This document shows, in pieces, positions 52,897 through 64,000 of a stretch of DNA of 64,000 bases. The DNA comes from Octopus sinensis. Lineage: Eukaryota. The position numbers and the translations under genes were made by a program. The stretch spans positions 103,168,001 through 103,232,000 of the forward strand of contig NC_042999.1 in assembly GCF_006345805.1 (NCBI RefSeq), given 5' to 3'. The notes beneath the pieces are model-generated. The model was not told the DNA's origin, did no database searches, and was given only the letters and a program-made list of their open reading frames with translations. Each line of letters opens with the position of its first letter. Position 1 is the stretch's first letter.

Positions 52897-54989
52897 ACTA
52901 ATTTTGTGTTTGTTTGTGTCCACATGCCAGTAGCGTCCGTTTGACCACACCTCTCTCTCTTTCTCTTGCACACAAAAGTTTAGCATCTCCTTTCCGCAGT
53001 ATAGCAGATTTTTACACCGCAGGAGTCTATCTTTAGCATCTACTATAGTAATACTCTAGTGTTTCTCTCTATCACAACATATGAATGAGAAAGGAAGGAG
53101 TAATAGATGAATAAGGAAGGAAGGGGTGATGGCAAACTTGCTAGTGTTGATGATGGAAGTTCTACGGTGAAAAAAGAAAATCAAACAGTGCTTCACCTCA
53201 GTGTGAATATGTGCGTGTATATGTAAAAGGGAAGTAAGTCAATGTGTGTGTATGTGTTTGTGTGTGTGCAATGGAAGTGGGGAGGCGAATATTCAACGCT
53301 GCAAAGAAAATTCAAACAGCATTTCAACTCTGTGTGAGTGTATGTATGTATGTGTGTGCGTGTAGAAAGGAAATATGTGCATATTTGTAACTGTAATTAT
53401 TATGTACTTTATTTTGTACCTTATTTATATATATAATATACTACAATTAGCCGTTATTTTTGACGGCATGGAGCCAGCTACTTTTAATATAATACAGTAT
53501 AATAGATAACATAAAATATTATACGACTCTGTGTGTGTGCCTGCGCGCGCGTATATAGCGCATATCCTCCCCTGATAACCCAATGAGCCTGCTAGTATTA
53601 GTTATGCAGAGCTTGCTTTCAACAGGCTCAGCACCTCCATCTACACGATACACACACACACACACACACACACGTACATACACACATACACATACACACA
53701 TGCACACACATACACACTCACACACGCGCACACACACATATATGTGTGTTTGTGTATATATGCGTGTATATATATATATGTATATATTGATAAACTGTAT
53801 GTTTATTTTATTTATTTACCTTCTTGTTAAGAACGATAGTTCATAACATTATTTATATAGGTAAAAAAAACCCAGTAAATTCTTTAGGTATTTAATATCC
53901 CTTAGGTGGTTAACACCTAACTAAATTTATACACACACATATTCAAATATATTTAATCATAAGGCTACTTCATGAAGGAGACGCTGGCACTAGCCGAACA
54001 AAAGTGTTTCTGTGCAGACGCTCAAACTACTAGAAATAGCAACCAAATATCCTTCAAATCAATGAAAGTGTTTCTGTGCAGACGCTTACACTAACATTTA
54101 AAAAAAAGAAAAAAAGATCGTAAGTATTATTAAATAAAAAGACACAGTTACAGCTTGAACGTCTATTTATAATATTGTTTGTTTGATCACAACTAAGCTC
54201 AATATAAACAAAACCTATAGAAACTAATTCGTTAAAGCAAAAGATACTTTTCACGTTCCCGTTATGCAAACAGTAATAAACGAGAAACAGCTTTCATTTT
54301 GCTTATATATTTATGATATTTTCCTTGTTTCTAATTTGGAAAAATACTGATAAGCCCACAGGAATGTACAAAAATGCCTAACAGAAAAAGACAAAACAAA
54401 ACAATGGAGCAAAACTAAAATAAAGAAATAATAGTTATAAATATGTGTGTTCGTATGGGGGTAATTTTTGTTTTATTATTTGAGAACTTAATTTTTTTAG
54501 TGGATGGACTGCGGGCTTGTTAGGGTATGGTCTGAAAACATTTATCGACCCTAGTACATATTTTTAGTCTACTACATATTTAATCAAATTATCTTTCTTG
54601 AGCTGCTAATTTACAGGACTCAAACGTAAACACATTCACACATCTGCATACAGACACACACACGTACACACATCCTTACATACATATATACATAAATAGA
54701 TACATATTATACAAATGATTTATGAAACTCAAAATTAGTTCTTTAGTCCATCAACAAGCGCTCTACAGACTCAGCAAGGCTAGCCGATGCTATAAAGAAA
54801 TTGTGATTTGAATGGAATTTTGTTGCTATGTTTAGGAGTTCGATATCCATGCAGAGGCCTTCTTTCGTTGGGTCAAAATAAACTTTGTTGTTGCATCTCC
54901 TTAAATAGCCATTGAGCACAAAACTATGAAAGTGAAATTCCAGTTGTTGCCGTTTCCTAGTTTAAAGGTAGGATATATTTTGTTTAATG

Positions 54990-55420
54990 CAGAATCGTTA
55001 GCACGCCGGGCGAGAAGCCTAGCAGCATTTCGTTCGACTTCAAGTTCTGAGTTCAAATTCCACCGAGGTCGACTTTACTTTGCATCTTTTTGGGGTCGAT
55101 AAATTAAGTGCCGTAAAACACCGGGGCCGATGTAATCGGCTAGTCTCCTTCCCCCAAATTTCAGGCCTTGTGCCTTTAGTAGAAAGGATTATTATTATAA
55201 TTATTATCATTAAGGCGGCGAATCAGCGCAATCGTCAGCACGCCGAGCAAAAAGTTTAGCAGCATTTCGTCCGTCTTTTAGTCCTTCGTTCAAATTCTGC
55301 CGAGGTCGACTTTATCTTTCATCCTTTTGGAGTCGATAAAATAAGTACCAGTTGGGTACTGGAGTTGATCTAATTGATCTATCCCTCCCTGAGAAGTGCT
55401 GGTCTTGTGCCAAAACTTCA
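54990..55420 (+). mobile_element. Two head-to-tail SINE S1 copies joined by a (TTA)-rich tail
   Basis: Copy 1 ends AGAAAGGATTATTATT; copy 2 starts AAGGCGGCG at ~55213. Confidence 0.88.
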
Positions 55421-56116
55421 AAGCTGTATAGCCTATACTTAAGACGGCAATCTACGATATGTTGGAATGTGAATTTTGGTAGCTGTTTGTTCTAGATTGA
55501 CAGACTTGTCAGCTTCAAAGTGAACAATATTTGTCTATCAATGAACAATTCTCTTCTTGTTTCTAACAGATTATATATTTCATTTCTTCCGCGACGTGAT
55601 CACGTTTAGAGTCGATGTGAGTTTTGACCTGCGCAGTAAATGAGAGTGTTACAAGGAGAAGGAGTTTTTGGCGACATAAACACATAACAATACCTTATCA
55701 TTATTATTAGATATACAAATTCTGAGATGTCTAAAGTCTTCTAGAACCACGATTAAGATCCACATGCATGAATAAACGGTAAGAAATCAATCACAATTAT
55801 TGAATTCTTATTTTGATTCCCATTTTAAATGATTCAACAGAGAGGGCGATAGTCACGCTGTCTGATCAAAACAGCCCTCATTGCATTGCGTATCTAGGCG
55901 TTTCGGACATCTTGTCTTTAATTTTAGAAGTTAATTTCCATATTTTCCATGCATCTGGATATGTTACATTACCGTTCCTTTAGTTATGCTTCTCTGTTCT
56001 TTTTCTCTTGTATATGAGAAGAAAAATGCCTAAAACAAAAAGACAAAACAAAACAAAAGCAAAAGAACAAAAATAAAATAAAGAAATAATGCAGTTATAA
56101 ATATGTTGTACGTATA

Positions 56117-56175
<59 letters not shown>

Positions 56176-56183
56176 ATATATAT

Positions 56184-56287
<104 letters not shown>

Positions 56288-56769
56288 CCTCGATATCAAA
56301 CACAGACTGTTTTATATATATATTTGTCTTTTTTTTTACTGGCAGGGTGTTGTATTTTTCGTTTGAACAATCATTGACTGTTTCGATCTATTACCAATAA
56401 TAAAATTATAGCTGAAATTGTTACCATTTTGTAGATGTAGTTTTTTTGGCTCACATTGTTGGTGTTACTATCACTGTTGATATTATTGCTGACGTTGTTC
56501 TTTTTGTTAATGTTGTTGTTGTTGCATTTAAAAATCTCGGTCATCTTATCGTCTTTATTCTAAGGCCATTTTTCATAAAAGCATTTCCATAAATGGCACT
56601 AATACAGAAAATATTCGTGAAAAAATATTCAAATATGTGGAAAGACTGAACAGAATATCACAGATAATTAAGTCGAAAATTTCGAGATACACGCTCACAC
56701 ACACACACACACACAAACATGCACATATACACATACTCACATGCATACACACACAGAGACACCCCCCCC

Positions 56770-56808
<39 letters not shown>

Positions 56809-57384
56809 TTAAATTCAATCTATCATATCAATATGAAATTTAAAGCCAGACACATTTACATATATTCTTAGACACACCTCCAAACTATATAGCTATTTAC
56901 ACACGACCGAAACACCAGTTTGGCTACAGTCTAAGCAATTCGAGTCTATAGCTAATATTGATTTCTGTCTGAGAGCGATGCCACCCAACCGAGCGATGAG
57001 TCACGTCAATGTAACCAAGTCTCGCAACAATCTGGCTACTTTATTTCTATGACGAATATAAGATAAAATCCAACTTGGTATCAAAAGCCTAATTTGAACT
57101 CAGAACATAAAGAGGAATAGTAAAATACAACACGGTATAGTATAGAAATTTCATCGGTTCTTCTAATGCAATGTCCTCAGACAATAAATAATATGAATAC
57201 CTGAAGACAGTGGATCATTCCTGTATCTTTTATTTGCTTCAGCCATTGATTGCTGCCATGCTAGTGTTCTGCCTTGAAAGGTGTAGTCGAACAAATAAAG
57301 TAACAATCAATTACTAGATCAATATAATCGATTTTACCTCTTCTAATTTTGATGTTCTGTGCATTTAAAGCATTGATTAATATG

Positions 57385-57607
57385 GTTTTTAAAATTCTGG
57401 TATAGGGTCAACAATTATGGGGGAGGGGGAAAATCGATTGATTGCATCTGTCGACCACAGTGACCAATTGGTACTTATTTTATCGACTCTGAAGGGATGA
57501 AACGAGAAGTCGACCTCGTCGGAATTTGAACTCAGAACACAAAGATTGACATAATACCGCTAAGCATTTTGCCCGGCGCGCTATCGATTGTGCCAGCTCG
57601 TCGCCTT
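57385..57607 (-). mobile_element. SINE S1
   Basis: Shared head and body. Confidence 0.87.
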
Positions 57608-57867
57608 AACATAAATTAATACTAATAGTCCTCAACATGCCCTCATTTTCCTCAGTTTATTGGGACTTACATGCGGAATTTGCAGCTTTTCTAATTTAGC
57701 AACAGATCGAATACTCATTGGGAGAATGATGCTCGATGAAATCATTCTCATTGCATATTACAGGTTACTGTCTAGCTTCAGGTTGACATTGATGATCGAT
57801 GTTCACATATTATCGTGTTCGAGAACTGGAGAAACTTCGCAGTGACTCAATGAAATTAGTATGTCTG

Positions 57868-58011
<144 letters not shown>

Positions 58012-58029
58012 AAAGCACTAATTCATTAA

Positions 58030-58402
58030 TTTTTTTTTTGGTGGGGGCGCCAGTTGATTAGATCAACCCCAGTACGCAACTGGTACTTAATTTATCGACC
58101 CTGAAATGATGAAAGGTTATGTCGACCACGACAAAATTTGAACTCAGAACGTAAAGACAGAAGAAATACCTATTTCTTTACTACCCACAAGGGGCCAAAC
58201 ACAGAGAGGACAAACAAGGACAGATAAACGGATTAAGTCGATTACATCTACCCCAGTACGTAACTGGTACTTATTTAATCAACCCCGAAAGGATGAAAGG
58301 CAGAGTGGACCTCGGCGGAATTTGAACTCAGAACGTAGCGGCAGACGAAATACCGCTAAGCATTTCGCCCATTGTGCTAACGCTTTTGCTAGCTCGCCGC
58401 CC
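58030..58402 (-). mobile_element. SINE S1, long duplicated-body form
   Basis: Same form as 9672-10026. Confidence 0.9.
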
Positions 58403-59803
58403 TAGAATAAAATTCTTGAAGACACTTTCCTTTCCTCAAAAAGTTATGGTCCAGTAATTGAAGTAGATGTAGAAGAAAGCCATGCAAAATAGATGTTTTC
58501 GTTTAGCACTTGACACAAAATAACTTTATTGCCACTAATGGAAATATGAATTGTGATGTACTTAACTCTCTGAAGGACATTAACAGCTAATTTAAAATGA
58601 AATGTTTTCAAACTCTGACTGATCTTTGGTTTGCTGGATCAGAGCTTTTCTGAGTTTAGACAGCATCAAGAACAAAAATTGCATGCATGTGTGTTCATCT
58701 ATGAATAATACGTAAGCTTTTGTTGTAGAAGGAAGGGGAAAATGCCTAATACTAGAAAATATTTTATAGTTTATTTAGAGCATAGAATTTCTTTGTCAAC
58801 TGAATTTCTCGACTAACTGACAAATAACTGAGTGAAGCTTCGACTCGTATTAAAAGTGCATACAAGCATTATCGTACTTACATATACGATATATGAAAGA
58901 TATTACTAAGACCTGAGAAAACTATTATCAGAACAAAATCAGAAGGAAATATATATTGTCATACAGTACAGGATGGAAGAATTAACAAATCATCGAACAT
59001 AAATTTAGCCATTTTTCATTATTTCCTTTTATGTCAGAGTTATATCTCTATATTCCCAGATTCACTTTGATTTTCATCCTTGGAAGGTCGGTAAATTATA
59101 TACCAAAGAAAATACTGAGGCCAATATATTCAACTAAAATTCTTGAAGGTGATTCTTCCGTATGGTGGTGGACGAAAGAATAGAAGAATATGATATTTAT
59201 TTTTTTGCTGTCGTTTAGCTACATATCGATTTGAGAGAGCGGGACTACTATAACTGTCTGTGGAGCCCTCTGTCAACAACGTAAGGAATATGATGGGCTT
59301 TATTTAACCAACTGAATAATGCAAATCGAAATACTTGTAACCCAACTACACCAAAGAAGCCTTACTCATATATCAGATCTCTTTATAAATTATTCTGTCA
59401 TTACCATAATCCTTAGCAAAACATATTTAAAACGAAGTATTTGTTTCAATGTATAATTATTGCTAGGCGTGAATTTGCAAATCATAAATTATTTTCCTTT
59501 CGGGTATGATTTCTGTTAAATTAAGAAGGAAGAAATTCGTAATTTTCATTGAATTAAGTCAACTCGGAGAAGCAATCATAATCCTGTTGCAATTGTTAAT
59601 CAAATTGCTAAAAATAATACTTCCAAAAGCTATCGATAACATTGATAAAGTTTAATCCAATTTGTTTCTTTTTGCATTACAACTCCGTACTCACATATGA
59701 TTTTTGGATTTTATTTAAATATTATAGAAATTGAATTGTAGTATCACTTGAGTTAAACCCTATCAATATGTTGAATTATATTGATGTGCTGTTTTATTCT
59801 TTA

Positions 59804-60560
59804 GTAGAAGAGATACCCGGCGTTGCTTGCGGTTAAGATGATATAGTTTGTATATATGTATTATAGTTATGTTAAAACGTGATGCGGGAAAGTGCAGCAT
59901 TGACGATAAAACATCTGTGTAGTAAATGAGGGGCTAATTCGACTAAGCGACATGTGATGGGTCCGTTTGGAGAATTCCAGGCCCTAACCTGTCATAGAAA
60001 ATTCGAGGTGGGGGCACGTGATTTTTGAACGCAACGAAAAGCTATCAGTGGATATTCTCTCCTTTGCGGCGCTGCGTCTAACACGACACATCGTATGGTT
60101 GATAGTCGAATGTAACTAATGGACATATTGTATGTAAATGGGTACATTCTAAACACGGGCAGCAATAGGAGATAGCAAAGGGAAAGATAACTTGAAATGT
60201 TGCAGAAGGCGAAGGGTTCAAACCATAAAGAATAGTGGCCTCAGTAACATGTGGAATCATCTTCTTTACCACCAGGCGTATCCCATTGCAGAGTGTTAAT
60301 GGATTCAAATTCCTCAATAACATTACTGGAGTTCCCACTTTAAGTTCCAGTTTGTGTGGAGGTAGTCTTGGAGGCTCCAATGAACTGAGAAATTCTGATA
60401 ATTTACCACCTCTTCTGGATCTGGGTTTGTATCAACTGAATTATAGATGTGAGGACTTCCAGGAAGGAACTGCAACAGCTGCTCATTAATTTTACTTAGA
60501 GTTGTTTTTTGGAGCCTGCACTGCTCTTTCACACAGCCAATTGAGATTGCTTTTTGACCA
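59804..60560 (-). mobile_element. Helitron remnant with PIF1-like helicase fragment; may extend to ~61341
   Basis: LPPHKLELKVGTPVMLLRNLNP..LCNG.RLVV and INEQLLQFLPG...YNSVD are typical Helitron helicase motifs. GC-rich subterminal segment 59816-59832 and a CTAC (near-CTAG) 3' end; possible 5' TCTATATA at 61341. Confidence 0.8.
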
Positions 60561-62958
60561 ATGGGGGTCTCCTCTTTGGAGACATTATGTCAAGAAATAT
60601 GATGTAATAAAATGAGAAGATAATTGTACGTTAATAATGAAATGACAATAAAAGAAGGTAAATGATTTTAATGCCTTAGCAAATTTTAAGAAATATATAT
60701 TTTAAAAAGAGGAAAAGCGTTCAGCGGATTAATCACGCTGGATATAAGGGAGAAAATAAATTTCTGAAAATTACTTCGCAAAGAGTTTCCTTCCTTATCC
60801 ACGTAACTCAGGAACGGGTATTTTCTGCTCCCAGAGGTCCCATTACTCATTATGTGCAAATTTCTAGGAGTCTAAAACTCTCTCTGGAACATAAGTAATA
60901 TAAGCTCCCAGTTTGTAGAAAATCAGTTGTAAACTTCAGAAGTTAAGCGGGTATACTTCATTATTAAAGCTGCAAAAACATCACAAACATATCACAAAAA
61001 TCCTCAGAGTTACACGTTTCCGTTCGTCGGACCGTTGTGACTGAGAATGAGACAAGAATTAAGGTGATATCCATAGACATATACAATTTACATTGACAGA
61101 TACGCATTTGAATTTGGTTTCATTTCATTGGTCGTTTCAACTAACGGTTTTTTTAAAGAAAATTAAAAGGCTTAAATATCGCATTTTGTAAAATCGAAGC
61201 AAAAATAAAATTTAGTTTAGTAAGAAAGCCATACATGCCCAAAGTAAATTAATGGTAAAATAAGTTTTATTAATATAAATGTGAGTATGTTTATAATAAA
61301 ATATTCACTTACAGAAATCTAAAATCATAAAAATATATAGACGCGTTATTCACATACAAACGCATGCGTGCATCTATTTATACATGCACACACTAAAAAC
61401 ATATACATGCATATGTACGCGAATAGGTACAAAAGCTGATAAAAACATATATATACCGGCAAATATTAATATGAATATATTTATTAATGTATACATAGAT
61501 ATCTACACGTATATATACACAATAGGTCCCCGTGCGTATGTGCTAATATTTTTCATTATATGTTTCGTGTGTATCATAAGGTGTGATATGTTAGAAACCC
61601 CGAAGCACCGAACTAAATACTTTACAGCTTTTCGTCGTCTCGTTTCTCTTCCATTATATTCTGTCGACTTTATATTGTATCATTACTGAGTCAATAAAGT
61701 GCGCATTGTAGTAATATAAGTTTATATGAAGCGACAGTCGATTATTCGCTTTACTGTCTTAAAGTGCAACATATTGGAAAGTCGTACATACACCAAGAAC
61801 ATGAGAAAGTTAGGACTATCTTAGTACAAAGCATAAATATGCTCAGGCAATACAAGAAAGTAACACAAATTAGAGCAGCGTTTGCTATGTAACAGCATAG
61901 TATAATAAAGGTATTAAAATCTATCACCCTTCCCTTTACACATATAATAAACAGCAACCAAGTTAACCAATGTGCACCACATTACTGCGATACAGAAAAG
62001 CTAAATATAATGAATATACGGACATTTTCATTAAGCAATTTCATGTTACACAACATTCCTATATTACAGCTTTGTTTCTTGTATCATTTCAATTTCAAAT
62101 AGAATTATGAACGCTCTAACTGCATACTAATAAAGTCAAACAGAATCCCTAAAGTGTGCGAAGTTATACTAAGTAAAATACCAATCAAAACCGCATCATT
62201 CAGACTCAAGATATGTCTATCCACTACCTCAAATATCATAGAAATCTCTTTAATATCACCAGCGCATTTTCTTTTCAAAATCCCATGAATCCAGTTCACT
62301 ACAAAAGTATCCGACTTCAAAGAAATTTGACATAAAGAACATAAGACGATCTCAATGACAAAAATGCCATATGTACATTATTTATATGTTATCGATGCCT
62401 TCTATGCTAAGGTTTAAACTCCAGTCCTCATTACGTGACTATAAGCAACATAATAATCAGTGACTCATTTAAAATGTCATGAAGCAACTATAATAATAAT
62501 AAGAAGAATAATCAACTACATAGTTATTTTGTCCCAAGGCAAACTGATCGAGCAGTCTTAAGTCCCAGCCATGACTATTCCATCTGAATTTTTGACATAC
62601 TGTATCTATGACTCACTTTTCGTATGTGTTCGTATGATTTGTTAGATGCTCTGATGTAACATGATTGAAATTTGGGTATTATTTCTCGTTGACAGGGCGA
62701 CATTTTAGAGACTTCCTCTTTAGGAAATTCGTGTGTATTATGGGTTGTTTTAGCACCGTTCATTAATGATAGAACAAACCATTGCTAGCCGATGCTGCAC
62801 AGCAAACTAGACCATTCCTAATCAAACCTTCACAACAACCCCGACCATTGCTAGTCAAGGCTACACAATAAGCTCGATCATTGTTCACAATCTATACAAC
62901 CACCTAAACACTTGATTGCATGGCTCGATAAAATAACACATACACATGTGTGTGTGAA

Positions 62959-63240
62959 GGCGCATGGTCCAGTGGTTAGAGTGTTGCACTCAGGGGCGCG
63001 GGAGCGTGGTTTCAAATCCTAGACCGGATGGTGAGTTGTGTTCTTTAACAAAACACTTCATCTCACGTTGCTCTGTGATCACTCCGACACCTGGTGTGTG
63101 GTACAGTGTACATTTTCAGACGACGTCAATTTGATGCAGAGAGTGCGCTTTTGTGTAGAACATTTGATCACTATAAGCAAATCATTTCTGCAGGCCATTC
63201 GTCAAAAAGCTGAATGCTCACACGTCATCTTTGACGCGTG
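62959..63240 (+). mobile_element. tRNA-derived SINE (S3-type)
   Basis: TGGTCCAGTGGTTAGA A-box-like, GGTTTCAAATCC B-box-like. Confidence 0.8.
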
Positions 63241-63279
63241 AGTCCATCATATATATATATATACATACATACATACGTA

Positions 63280-63397
63280 TGCATGTATGTATGTATGTAT
63301 GTATGTATGTATGTATGTATGTATGTATGTATGTATGTATGTATGTATGTATGTATGTATGTATGTATGTATGTATGTATGTATGTATGTATGTATG
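63280..63397. repeat. (GTAT)n microsatellite
   Basis: Direct inspection. Confidence 0.97.
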
Positions 63398-63589
63398 TGT
63401 ATATATACTCGATTATTACCTCTTTATATGAAATTCATGCCTCGATATACGTACGAAACAGTGAATCATACATTGACTTGTATGGACGAATCGTGGAAAA
63501 TGTCGATATATGCATTTGAAGTAGCATTGAATAAAAATTTAAGATTAATTCTGTTTCAGTTGCTTACAGTTATAATAATGATGCTTTCT

Positions 63590-64000
63590 GATTTAGGCAC
63601 AAGGCCATCAATTGGAAAGGAATGGCTGGTTGATAATATCGACCTTAGCATTTGGTTAGTGAACTTATAGTGATCAAATGTTCGTGCCACACGTTAGTTC
63701 ACTCTCTCCATCAAAAAAAAAAAAAATGGAAAGCAAAGTTGATGACAGTGAGATTTGAACCTAACGTGTAAAATTTCGGAACCTACTTGCAAGATACTTT
63801 TCCGAATCTCTAATGATTATGCCAATACATCAACCTTCGGTTGTTTGGAATTTATGGATGAGAGGCCAGTAACTTTTGAGGCAAGTATGTTAATTGATTA
63901 TTTGGACCCAAGCACTTGAGCAGTATTTTACTTCATGAACCCCAGGGATAAACTTAGTAGGATTTGAATTCAGAATGTAAAGAGTTGAAACAAAACCAAA
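63590..64000 (-). mobile_element. Degenerate SINE S1 fragments
   Basis: ATTTGAA(C/T)TCAGAATGTAAAG and related motifs. Confidence 0.6.

Noticed and set aside
55594-55605. Perfect 12-bp palindrome ACGTGATCACGT
   Set aside because: Isolated, with no supporting context; compatible with chance in 64 kb.
54373-56110. Diverged ~90-bp direct repeat at ~54373 and ~56025
   Set aside because: A-rich and low complexity; most likely two remnants of a common dispersed repeat rather than LTRs, with no internal coding sequence.
60990-61040. CCGACGAACGGAAACGTGTA on the minus strand
   Set aside because: No stem II and a mutated core; more likely part of an unrelated repeat.

Overview
AT-rich, microsatellite-dense animal DNA with no convincing host protein-coding gene. 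The SINE families and (TA)n/(AAT)n load look like an octopod cephalopod genome (my recognition; not database-confirmed). Most listed ORFs are artefacts of simple repeats. Real content: about 20 tRNA-derived SINE copies from three families, a decayed Tc1, a decayed mariner, a LINE ORF1/APE fragment, an RTE-like 5' leader, a Helitron remnant and a ~325-bp fold-back. The main signal is a set of hammerhead-ribozyme (HHR)-bearing, Penelope-like (PLE) or retrozyme-type elements, with 13 HHR motifs in about 5 families. (i) A near-identical ~541-bp tandem array at 1-2295 carries one type I HHR per monomer, with a palindromic stem III and a microhomology-mediated inversion. (ii) Two 5'-truncated GIY-YIG PLE insertions (23.7-25.0 kb, 40.1-42.4 kb) have inverted HHR-containing arms. 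(iii) Short non-autonomous HHR elements sit in microsatellites (7.9, 28.3, 32.8, 35.7, 36.4 kb). Several motifs carry unusual core or stem II variants. All ribozyme calls are manual folds; none is tested for cleavage.
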